This document shows positions 11,457 through 21,383 of a stretch of 64,000 bases of DNA, piece after piece. The translations under genes were made by a program, and so were the position numbers. Origin of the DNA: Podarcis filfolensis (lineage: Eukaryota); assembly GCA_964270895.1 (NCBI GenBank), contig OZ185437.1. One strand, 5' to 3'. How positions within the stretch are numbered: the stretch's first letter is position 1; the number at the start of each line of letters is the position of its first letter. The notes beneath the pieces are model-generated. The model saw nothing but the letters and a program-made list of their open reading frames with translations, was not told the origin of the DNA and searched no databases.

Positions 11457-13971
11457 CCCCCTCTCGAATCACGTTCTGAGGGGACTTCTGAGTGTTCAAC
11501 ACCTTCCCCATTGCCTTCCGCCCCTTCCTGGCATCGTTGTTAGGCACCTGTTGAACCTCACAAACCTCAGGTTCGCACTGTGCGAAACCAACCCACGCAT
11601 TTGTGACCTGAAACCTCTCAGGTGGAATTCCCTTTGTTGCCCTTGAAGACCGCCTGGGCACAAACTGGGATTCTTCTCCTGACCCACTGGGGCCAGCATG
11701 TGTGTCTTCCTCATCAGAAGACTCCCCCTCTGACTTGACACGTCTGTGAGCTTTCTCCATTATGCGCACAGGAGATGAGGGCTCACTCTTGGACACTCTT
11801 TTCACAACCTGTGGAGACGCCTCCCCCTGGTCCTGATCCTGATCATCGACCAGATCACCATTACCTGGCTCTCCCTCCTGCTCAGATTCGGATTCAGACA
11901 GACAATCTGAGACAGTGTCATGGCTGACTTTGAGCCTTGACCTATTTCCCTGCTGCTCTTTGAACTCAGCATGCTTGCTGACCAGAAGCTTGGTCTGATC
12001 ACCTTCTGGGTATGCAAACCTCCACCCTTTTGTCGCGGGTTCATACCCACAGAAGATCATTTCCTGGTACCTTGGACCACCTTCTTGCTGCAAACACTTT
12101 GGTACAGGCACCATGGCCCTGCAACCAAACGAACGGAAGAAATGCACAAGCGGCTTCTGTCCGTTGAGCAAGAAATATGGGGTGTCACCTACCACTGCAT
12201 TGTAGCACCTGTTCATCGTGAAATTGGCCGTCTTTACCGCCTCCCCCCAAAAACTGTGAGGCAAACCAGAGTCATCCAGTAGAATCTCGGATGCTCGAAC
12301 CAGCGCTTTACTCTTAAGCTCTGCCACGCCACTCTCTTGAGGCGAAGTCACCTTGTGACGTATCCCCCTCTGGCGAAAGAAACTCTTTAGAGCAGACCCA
12401 GTGACCTCAGAACCACGGTCAAACTGGAAACCTTGCACCTTGGTGGAGAACCTCAGTTCCACCTCCGCAACCCAATCTTTGATCAGTTGCGCTGCTTCCT
12501 CCTTAGCTTTCAGCGTGAAAGCCCATGCGTTCCTAGTATAATCATCTGTCAGCACCATCAGCCACTTGGCCTTGCCCAGACTTGGCTGTGGCATACCTAT
12601 AAGGTCTGCATGCACAAGCTCAAAAGGCCTTGTGGTCACTCTCTCCACTCTGGGATGGCTAAATCCCTTGTTTCTGGCTTTCCTGCAAGCCTTGCAATTC
12701 AAAGGTTTACCACATTCTTTTACCTTGCAACCTTTGGTGCACTCTGATAACATCTGGACGTCCTCACAGGACCCATGTGACATCCTCTTGTGCCACACGC
12801 AAGCACACGACACATGAGTGTGCCCCCCTCCCTCTAGAGGTGATTCCAGAACAAAGAGGTTGTTCTGATTTTTCTCAACACGTACCAGTTGCTCTCCACC
12901 TCTGGAAATGGTACAGATATTGTTTTCAAAACTCACAGAATATCCTTCCTGTAAAAGGCATGGTACAGATAGCAGGCTATGTTTTAACTCAGGGAGAACA
13001 TAAACCTTCAATTCAGCCTGTAAAAAAGGGACAAACATATTAGAAATATGGGTTACACGGCCCTGTGAACCTGTAGCAAATCTAACTGTTTTCTCAGTGG
13101 AAACAGCCTTGCAGTTCCACATTTGTCCATCAGGTGGCGCTGATACCAAATGGGCATTCGCAGCTGAGTCAACAACCCAACGTAGGACTCTCCCCGCTCT
13201 GGAGCTGTCCTTCTTTGTTGCCTTAGCAACTGCCTTCCTGCTGCCCCCGACCTTGGAGCTGCAGGTGTCGTTGCTGTCCAAAACCGCCAGAGAAGCAGTC
13301 AGCTGATAAACTTTCTCACGCCTGCTCCCTATGCAGGCCCAGTTGCCATGGAAACCCGGCTGGTTCCCATGGGAAACGACCTTGGGACCTTCCTGCCCTT
13401 TGTCTCGCTGTGGACAGCTTCGGCGCAGGTGCTCCGGAGAACCGCAAGCAAAACATCTCCGAGTGGAAAACTTTGCAACTTTGCCTTTGGTCTTTTCTGC
13501 CCCCCCAACCTTTCCAGCAGCCCTCCTCCTTGAGGCTTTTCTGCCGTTGGGAAAATGGCTTTTGGCTTCTGCTGTGGTTGCTCTGCAAACCCCTTCCAGC
13601 TCCTGCCAAACAGCCTGGGCACTCTCAAGACCCTTGGAATGGCCTTTCTGGCCTGCACCCCCAAACTCTGGTGCAAAACCTCCAGAGGAACAGCTTGCCA
13701 CTGCTTTCCTCTTTCCAGCTTTCAGCAGCTTCCCAGCACACGGCTGCTCATCTCTCTGGCGTGTCAAAGCATCGCAGCAGCTTTCAGACACGGCTTCAGC
13801 CCACTTTGGGCTTCCAGGGCGTCTCACAGCCCCTCCTGGACGTCCCTCAGGCTGGCGTCTGGCCCCCTCTGATGTGGCTCCCACTCTTCTGAGTGCCTGC
13901 CAACCTTCCCAGGGCTTCTTCCCGTCTGCCTCTTCAAAAGGGACTGTACGCGATTCCTGGCTGTCTGCCAT
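11425..13971 (-). CDS. Single gag-remnant/protease/integrase polyprotein ORF (848 aa from ATG at 13971)
   Basis: ATG in strong Kozak context (GAGATGG); the ORF-track start at 14052 is a GTG. CCHC knuckle CFACGSPEHLRRSC (13414-13455); protease WVVDSAANAH (Asp 13168-13170); HHCC region WHKRMSH...CKAC; integrase HADL / FDRG / GVAE; stop TAA at 11425-11427 inside the 3' LTR. Confidence 0.88.
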   Translation of the reverse strand: MADSQESRTVPFEEADGKKPWEGWQALRRVGATSEGARRQPEGRPGGAVRRPGSPKWAEAVSESCCDALTRQRDEQPCAGKLLKAGKRKAVASCSSGGFAPEFGGAGQKGHSKGLESAQAVWQELEGVCRATTAEAKSHFPNGRKASRRRAAGKVGGAEKTKGKVAKFSTRRCFACGSPEHLRRSCPQRDKGQEGPKVVSHGNQPGFHGNWACIGSRREKVYQLTASLAVLDSNDTCSSKVGGSRKAVAKATKKDSSRAGRVLRWVVDSAANAHLVSAPPDGQMWNCKAVSTEKTVRFATGSQGRVTHISNMFVPFLQAELKVYVLPELKHSLLSVPCLLQEGYSVSFENNICTISRGGEQLVRVEKNQNNLFVLESPLEGGGHTHVSCACVWHKRMSHGSCEDVQMLSECTKGCKVKECGKPLNCKACRKARNKGFSHPRVERVTTRPFELVHADLIGMPQPSLGKAKWLMVLTDDYTRNAWAFTLKAKEEAAQLIKDWVAEVELRFSTKVQGFQFDRGSEVTGSALKSFFRQRGIRHKVTSPQESGVAELKSKALVRASEILLDDSGLPHSFWGEAVKTANFTMNRCYNAVVGDTPYFLLNGQKPLVHFFRSFGCRAMVPVPKCLQQEGGPRYQEMIFCGYEPATKGWRFAYPEGDQTKLLVSKHAEFKEQQGNRSRLKVSHDTVSDCLSESESEQEGEPGNGDLVDDQDQDQGEASPQVVKRVSKSEPSSPVRIMEKAHRRVKSEGESSDEEDTHAGPSGSGEESQFVPRRSSRATKGIPPERFQVTNAWVGFAQCEPEVCEVQQVPNNDARKGRKAMGKVLNTQKSPQNVIREGVLIEALNLQG
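11457..11465 (-). promoter_or_regulatory. Polypurine tract
   Basis: GAGAGGGGG immediately precedes the TGTTAATAG start of the 3' LTR on the minus strand. Confidence 0.88.
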
Positions 13972-14210
13972 CTCTCCCCGGGGGCCCAGCTTACTTACAG
14001 GTACCTCCCGGTCCGGCAGATCAGATCCTCCCAGCGAACTCCTGGCTGGCACCAGCTACCCCTTAGCTGGCCTCTGGCTGCTCCTCAGCCGATTCTGCCT
14101 GCAGCTTTCACTTCCCAGCAAGCTCCCTTCGCTTCAGCTGGCACCAGCTTCTCCTTACTGGCCTTTGGCTGCAGCCCCCTCACACGTACGAACGTTGCTT
14201 ATCTTTATTG

Positions 14211-14225
14211 CTGACACCCATAACC
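14211..14225 (-). promoter_or_regulatory. Primer binding site, copia half-tRNAiMet type
   Basis: GGTTATGGGTGTCAG directly follows the 5' LTR. The first 9 nt are complementary to CCCAUAACC in the anticodon arm of initiator tRNA-Met (copia-type PBS GGTTATGGGCCCAG). Confidence 0.85.
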
Positions 14226-14602
14226 TGTCCGTGGGAGTCAATTACGTCCAGGGGTCCGGCACACTTCCCTGCGCCTCCTCTGACCCTTCCGAAGACCTTT
14301 GACTCAGCAGAGCGTAAAACACAGCGGATGTAGAAGCTTGAAACGTTCTGTCGTGTGGTGGCAATAACTCAGGCTGACACGCAGCTCTCCTTATCTTAAA
14401 GTCTTTATTCCCGTACAGATCAACACATCGTAAATCTTCCCGGTGAGACGCAACTCATGTCGACTCTCTCTCACACTGCGTGCGTCTTTCTCTCTCTCTC
14501 TCAGAGATACTGGCCACTCCCAGTGTTCTATCCCCGCCCTCAGAATGTGAGGCGTCATCACTCAGAACTCTTAACCCTGTAAGTTCTGAGCCTCTATTAA
14601 CA
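14226..14602 (-). repeat. 5' LTR (377 bp)
   Basis: Direct repeat of 11080-11456 with 3 substitutions (14503, 14587-14588); followed on the minus strand by the PBS; CpG-rich, with GGGCGGGG and TGAGTCA motifs. Confidence 0.96.
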
Positions 14603-16469
14603 CACAATGAGGTCACTGTTATTCTTCTCTCCCTTAATTTTGACCCAAATGCTCTCACTTTGGCTTTGAGGTTCTAAATCTTGGATCTCTTCACAGGTAT
14701 ACACATCCCTGACATATAACGCCACTCCTCCTCCTTTCTTGTCTGGTCTGTTTCTCTGAAATAGATTGTATCCCTCCATTATTACATTCCAATCGTGGGA
14801 CTTATCCCACCAGGTTTCAGTGATGCTTATTATGTCATATTTAGTTTGCTGTACCAAGAGCTCAAGCTCATCTTGTTTATTTCCCATGTTTTGCGCATTA
14901 GTGTACAGACATTGAAGTCCATTAATCATTCCCCCGTGACTCTTATTTAAGGATTTTTTCCTCCCACCACTAGGTCTGCGTGCTGTTTGCTCCATTTGGC
15001 CTATGATATTTGGATTATCATCTTCATCAATTGATAGACTCCTACCTTCAGGAGCACTGTCTCCCTCCCCCACATTAGTCAGTTTAAAGCCCTCCTGATG
15101 AGGTTTCTGAGATTTTTGGCAAAAACATTCCTCCCAACCGTTGTGAGGTGCAGCCCATCGCTTGCCAGAAGTCCATCTTCAAGAAACTGCAGTCCGTGAT
15201 CTAAGAATCCAAACCGTTCCTGTTTACACCATTTGCGAAGCCAGGAGCTTCATAGATTGCCTAATTTAACTCATGTGTTGAGTCTGCTTCATTTCCCTAC
15301 TTTCCCATTCACTATTGGGAAATAATAATAATAAAAAGGCTATTAATGTTTATGTTAGATAGAAGTGGGTGAAATTTGTAAGCATACTAGGCCCTCCAGA
15401 GCAGATAAAGCCTGCCAAATTAAATATGTCAGGGACCTTTTTTTCTGGACACTTCTAAAATGTTATCTTTTTAAAATGTTGCTTAATTGCATGAAATTTC
15501 CCAGCGTGGTCAACTTCTGAGGGATGAGGATTGTTGAAGTTCTTCATACTTGCTGCAGAAGTTTTTCTGCAAAAGGCAGACTCTGAAGTTTTGGACTGAG
15601 TAAAATAGGAATACTTCCCTCCCCCACCCTTGGTTTTTTGTGGGTCATCGGAATGAAAACTACATACCAAGAAAGGTGAGCCTGCCTGAGAAACCTGCCA
15701 AATTTCAGATGCATAGGTCCAAGGGCTTACAAACTTGATCTGCTCAAAACCTCACGAAGTTTACTGAGTAACTTAGGGCCAATCCAAACTGATCTAAACC
15801 GACCTTTTCTGTGAAGTAGGAGAACTGCTTACACTTACTTCCTTGTGCTCTTTGGCTCATGTAACTGGTTTCACAATTCCTTGGTTCCTGGTTACTGTAT
15901 ATAATTCAAGCATAACTACTAGGTATCTGCATTACACATAAAACATCAATTCCCCTCCCTTCCTAACAAAGAAATTCCCTGAGGAAGGAAATCAACCTTC
16001 ACTGCAAAGTGAGATGTTTGTCAAGCAAGAGAGTGTTCCTGGGTAACAAATTCATTCAGTAGCAAAACATATGTCCTTGCTTAAATACAAGCTAAATTAG
16101 TCCATACTGCGCTAACTGAAACACCTGCAGGACTGGCATGAAAGGAGCTCTGACAAACTAATGCCTCTTCAGAGCTGAAAATAACTTCTCCAAAGAACTG
16201 CCAGATGTCTTACACTTACAAGGAATTCTTCACTTTGAAGAAACTCACCTCTGCAGAGGTTAATACATGCCATTTATTTCAAGACTTTGCAGGTAATCTC
16301 CATACGCATATAGAGCTCCATTGCTTCCCCATCCCAGATGTTGTACAGTATATTGATATCTGATGGTTAGTGTATGGAGGTAAATAGGGAAGGTAAAGGG
16401 TCACTTCAGCAGTGACAAGCCTCCTCCCCACTTCAGGAGTGGGAAGCTGGGCACTTAGGAGTTGCAAGA

Positions 16470-16781
16470 CGGTCCTTTATACCTGAAGGAGCGTCTCCAC
16501 CCCCATCAAGGCACCGAGGGCCTTCTGGCAGTTCCCTCATTGTGAGAAGTGAGGTTACAGGGAACCAGACAGAGGGCCTTCTCGGTAGTGGCACCCACCC
16601 TGTGGAACGCCTTCCCTTCAGATGTGAATGAAATAAGCAGCTATCTTATCTTTAAAAGACATCTGAAGGCAGCCCTGTTTAGGGAAGTTTTTAATATTTA
16701 ATGCTGTATTGTTTTTAACACTCGATTGGAAGCTGCCCAGAGTGGCTGGGGAAACTCAGCCAGATGGGCGGGGTATAAATA

Positions 16782-16830
<49 letters not shown>
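16470..16830 (+). mobile_element. L2-type LINE 3' fragment with (TAT)n tail
   Basis: AGGGCCTTCTCGGTAGTGGCACCCACCCTGTGGAAC motif, ...GGGCGGGGTATAAAT end, and a (TAT)n tail at 16785-16830. Confidence 0.8.
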
Positions 16831-16831
<1 letters not shown>

Positions 16832-17833
16832 CCCTTCTTATTTAATATCACTAGGACTATAACTAACAGCTTGTTCACCCTTCTGCTTGTCCTGTGCCAG
16901 AAATCATGGGTCCGAGTGGTTTTGCCTTTGCCCTACCACTTTCCCCTGAAAAGTCTGCTCTTTAGTGCTAAATTGGAACATATGGCAATCCGCAGAAAAC
17001 CTGGTTACCGTTCGCTCCTATTCAGTGGTAAAAATAAACAAAGCAAAGCAAAGCAAACTGCTTGGACATACAGTTTTAAAGCCCAGAGCTGTGCCCAGAA
17101 ATGCAGCACAAAAGGAAGTCTGGATGCATCCTAAATGAACAAGGGGGAAATGGCAAGTACATTCTGTGTCCTAAAAGGTAAATTGAGCTATTTCTTAATG
17201 GATCTGTCTCAAATTTGGTTGCTTATAATGCTCGACGTGTAGCTACTGTATGCCAAATTTCGGGAAGTTGGAGAAATCATCTCCATTCTGTTAAGTTTTG
17301 CAGCATTCATGCTTTACAATGGTACAATGAAGTTTGACCTATCCACTTCAGCTATACAGGCGCTATTGTGACTGCATAATATTTCCTTTGATCAATGGAA
17401 TGCTGCTGAGCAGTGTATTGGTAGACAGAGGGTGTCTGCTTATGCATGCCGAGGCTCAAAAGAAGCAATTTTTTCCTATATAGCACAAAATGCTTTCAAG
17501 TACTGTACTCGCTCTTTACCTCATAATATACATAATGTGTGTACAGTCTCTTAAAAAGCTAATACACAGGAAGAAACTCTTCAGCATATTGTACGTGGAG
17601 AAGTCATGAGATAATGGAGCGCACTGAAGCATCTTGCTGTTTTGATATTTTATTAAACACACAGAGAGACCATTTGTTTGCAGATAAGAACAGGGAATGG
17701 CGAAGCCAGGATTGCTCGTGATTTCCATCATCTATTGGGTTTATTAATAAATAAAGCCCAGTAGATGACAATGATATTTCAGGGAAATGAACCAGACCCA
17801 AATTTAATAATCTGTTAATTGTTCTTTCCCACT

Positions 17834-17834
<1 letters not shown>

Positions 17835-17867
<33 letters not shown>
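17835..17867. repeat. (CA)n microsatellite
   Basis: Read directly. Confidence 0.95.
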
Positions 17868-17869
<2 letters not shown>

Positions 17870-17977
17870 TGGGGGGGGGGAGTGGAGAGAGAGAGAAGCA
17901 AGAATATGAACAGAGGCTTTAAGAATAATGGAAGTTATTTGTAAATGATTTCATCTCATGGTGGCTTTGCACTGGTG

Positions 17978-18296
17978 CATGGGTAGGCAAACTAAGACCC
18001 TGGGGCCGGATCCAGTCCAATCGCCTTCTAAATCCAGCCTGCAGATGGTCTGGGAATCAGCGTGTTTTTACATGAGTTGAATGTGTCCTTTTTTTAAAAG
18101 TGTATCTCTGGGTTATTTGCGGGGCCTGTCTGGTGTTTTTACATGAGTAGAATGTGTGCTTTTATTTAAAATGCATCTCTGGGTTATTTGTGGAGCATAG
18201 GAATTCATTCATTTCCCCCCAAAAATATAGTTCGTCCCCCCACAAGGTCTGAGGGACAGTGGACCAGTCCTTGCTGAAAAAGTTTGCTGACCCCTG
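17978..18296. mobile_element. hAT-type MITE
   Basis: CATGGGTAGGCAAACT...AGTTTGCTGACCCCTG; 8-bp TSD CACTGGTG / CACTAGTG (7 of 8). Confidence 0.8.
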
Positions 18297-19564
18297 CACT
18301 AGTGGAAAGTGCTTCTCTCACATAAGACAAGGCTCCTGACAGTAGCGATGTCAAAATTCAGTGCCCCCTGCCTTTCGCCTTCCATTATACATCATAGTTG
18401 TGGCAACCCCTGCGGCGCCACACCCGGTGCGACTCCCCTAAATCTGCCTCTGCTCCTGTCCTTTGTGGATTTCCCCTACTTACTGCAGCCCTCTCTGCCA
18501 TATGCCATGCTGTACCAGAGGAACATCAAATCCTCAGGAATGGATATTCTGGGAGCATTGGTGGGGGAGGTCCAGTGGGGAGAGAGGATTAGTGACTGGT
18601 TGTAAATCACTTAGATAACAATCCTAATTGAGGTGAGGTGGGGGGAAGACCAGATTTCCCCCCACTGTGCTCAGAGCCCTGATCACTCCTGCCTGCCAAT
18701 GTAGAATGTGTGTTGCTTTGTTTTACCTATGTTGTTGTGCCAGCTCCAGGCTGCCACAGTACTCTTCAGGAACCTGACTTACTTAGGATTCAGCAGATCC
18801 ATCCCTAACCCTGCTTTGCCTCCCAAGTGCCCCATTTTGTGACCTTATGTTAGCTGTCACCAGTGGTAGCATGCACTCTGAGTCTCATTTGATGGGTGCA
18901 GGGGAGGCCCCCACTAGCCACGCCACTAGCAGAGGGACAATTCCTTCAAATACTAATCTTTACCAGTAGTGCAGATCAGAGGTTAAGATTAATGTTTGCA
19001 AAATGGCTTAAATGGCTCTAAGGCTTAATAGTTCGGAAAGAATTAAGATTAACAATTTTTTTCCAGCATATAACAGGTCTTGCCATGAAACTGGTTTGAG
19101 TGCTAACTCAGATGGTCATCTTTGTGGCTTCATGTATATAAATATACTGAGTACAGAGTCCCAAGTTTTGACATTAGGAAAGTTCTATTGTCCACCTGAG
19201 GATGTGATTGCTTTAAAAAAACAAAACAAAAACCAGCTGCTGCGGTATTACCCTCCTTGTAGTGAACTGTGTGTGTAAACTAGTACACAGTTGGTTGCAC
19301 TTTAGATCCTTTGTGGATGTATTAGGTGGAGTGATACTTTGTTGACGTTGTGATTTATTTATTTTTGCCAGAGCAATGCTAATGTCAAAGGTGGCCTAAA
19401 GGTCAGTTCTAAGCAAAAATAAAAATTTCCACCATCGCATTCCTTTATCAAAACTACACAGGAAAAACAACCCCATTCTTCATACTGAATAAAGCAAGAA
19501 AAGAAACACAATTCTGTAATAGAGCCATAAACCTAAACTGCTGTCCAGGTAAATTTGCCCTATT

Positions 19565-20030
19565 GTCCGTATAGTTTTAAAGCTATAGTTTTCCCAGTAG
19601 TGATGTATGGAAGTGAGAGCTGGACCATAAAGAAGGCTGATCGCCGAAGAATTGATGCTTTTGAATTATGGTGCTGAAGGAGACTCTTGAGAGTCCCATG
19701 GACTGCAAGAAGATCAAACCTATCCATTCTGAAGGAATCAGCCCTGAGTGCTCACTGGAAGAACAGATCCTGAAGCTGAGGCTCCAAGACTTTGGCCACC
19801 TCATGAGAAGGGAAGACTCCCTGGAAAAGACCCTGATGTTGGGAAAGATTGAGGGCACAAGGAAAAGGGGACGACAGAGGACGAGATGGTTGGACAGTGT
19901 TCTCGAAGCTACCAACAGGAGTTTGACCAAACTGCGGGAGGCAGTGGAAGACAGGAGTGCCTGGCGTGCTCTGGTCCATGGGGTCATGAAGAGTCGGAAA
20001 CAACTAAATGACTAAACAACAACAACAACA
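19565..20030 (+). mobile_element. RTE-BovB LINE, 5'-truncated 3' fragment
   Basis: Encodes a BovB ORF C-terminus (...LMRREDSLEKTLMLGKIEG...WLD...WRALVHGV) and ends in a (CAA)n tail. Confidence 0.92.
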
Positions 20031-21141
20031 AAATTATTGTAGCCAACTCCAGAATAGAGCTAATAGTCAGCAGATATGGCTGTCTGATACCACTAGAGCA
20101 CAGTTCCATGCATGCCCACTTGGAAACAAGTTCCACTGTTCAGTGGAGGTTACTGCTTAGCAAGTGTGAAGCATTCCAGCCTACAATAATTTACTGAAAT
20201 GGATCAATACTGGTTTATACACTTAGCCCTTCTTGTGCGCTTGCAGGTGGAGTCATGAAAAAGCCAAGATGTTGTTCAGTAAGCTAGTAGCACCTCCAGG
20301 TGCGAGATGAATCGATGCATGAATGGCGGGGGTTTTTCGGGTTTGCAGATCTTGTGGAAATTCTGACCACTGCATGCATGTTCTCCCACGGGAGGGTTCC
20401 AGTTCAACAACTGGCTGATTCTGACTGGGTTGCAAGCCCACCAATGGACTTGCTTGCTCCCACAGGAAATTCTCTGGAGACAATCAGGTCACCAGTTATA
20501 TAATCTGGTCTCTCTCCCGTGTTGCTTTCTTTGCCATTTGGACGAAGGGTGTGAAAGAAGTCTCTGAAATGTTACCTTCACTTGATACTCCTGAGAACGA
20601 TGCCAAGGAAATTGATGTTGCTTTATCAGTGATGCAAAGCAATTCTGGTTTGCTTGCTGTGCACAGGATGGTCCTGATGCTGCCTCAGAGGACATGCCTC
20701 TGTCTGTGGATCCACAGTTAGTCCCTGAGCCTATTAGCAGAGGTCTGTCAATATTCATTTTCTACGCCCAAATCTCTACTCCCAGCAACAGTCCAGGTGC
20801 ATGCTCACCTGTGCAAACAGCCTTAGTGGAACCCTGCAGCAGGGAGCAATTTGGGCAAAGAAAAATGACCTAGACAGGCAAACTTTGTTAATATGCTCAG
20901 GGAATAGCAATTGTTTACTATGACACAACAAGCAGAGGATCGGTCTGCAAACAACACACCTGAAACCTTAAAGAAGAGAAAGCAACTGGCAGGGGGGTGG
21001 GAGTGCTAAGCCAAGAACAGGGAGTTAAGATAAGAAAAGGGTTAGTGTGCACTACCCACCTATAACATGTTGAGGTGGCAGGGAACCATCTCTGGTTACA
21101 GCTCTGGTTACAGAATGGAACAAGTCTAAGAAGTGCAGATA

Positions 21142-21383
21142 CAGTGGTACCTCGGGTTACATACGCTTCAGGTTACATACGCTTCAGGTTACACACTCCG
21201 CTAACCCAGAAATAGTGCTTCAGGTTAAGAACTTTGCTTCAGGATAAGAACAGAAATCGTGCTCCGGCGGCACAGCGGCAGCGGGAGGCCCCATTAGCTA
21301 AAGTGGTGCTTCAGGTTAAGAACAGTTTCAGGTTAAGTACAGACCTCCGGAACGAATTAAGTACTTAACCCGAGGTACCACTG
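21142..21383. mobile_element. Tc1/mariner (Tigger-like) MITE
   Basis: TIRs CAGTGGTACCTCGGGTTA...TAACCCGAGGTACCACTG with TA on both sides. Confidence 0.9.

Larger units (their letters stand above)
11080..14602 (-). mobile_element. Ty1/copia-type LTR retrotransposon derivative lacking RT and RNase H (3,523 bp)
   Basis: TG...CA direct LTRs; TSD CACAA at 11075-11079 and 14603-14607; PBS; PPT; protease-then-integrase order with no RT between them indicates Ty1/copia; no RT or RNase H motifs. Confidence 0.95.
8623..14929 (-). pseudogene. CR1 ORF2 (apurinic endonuclease + reverse transcriptase), disrupted
   Basis: Starts MINGLQCLYTNAQ (ATG 14929-14927); EN motifs ITETWW, (G>R)DFN, SDH; RT motifs [17 protein letters not shown] and FSDD (usually FADD). 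Broken by the LTR insertion and by a 1-nt insertion near 10806-10808 (GAC CTG GGT TAG). Confidence 0.93.
8540..15245 (-). mobile_element. CR1 LINE, 5'-truncated inside ORF1, interrupted by an LTR element at 11080-14602
   Basis: CR1-type 3' (ATTCTATG)-like tail at about 8540-8565; ORF2 endonuclease and RT; ORF1 C-terminus (WLRKWCKQERFGFLDHG...SDGLHL...RRALN*, stop at 15079-15081). Removing the LTR insert restores GEKNNSDLIVGVYYRSP. Confidence 0.95.

Noticed and set aside
16709-17134. 141-aa ORF with a poly-Leu run, and similar CVCVCV / HTHTHT ORFs at 17604-17867 and 63267-63692
   Set aside because: Produced by microsatellites or a LINE tail, not real proteins.
20250-20700. Minus-strand peptides (IRTILC..., DLIVSREF) loosely resembling the large Ser/Thr-rich human EYS exon (IRRITC..., ELIVTREL)
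   Set aside because: It needs frameshifts and stops, has no convincing splice sites, and lies right after the exon 14 ortholog with none of the many intervening EGF exons. Most likely chance similarity.
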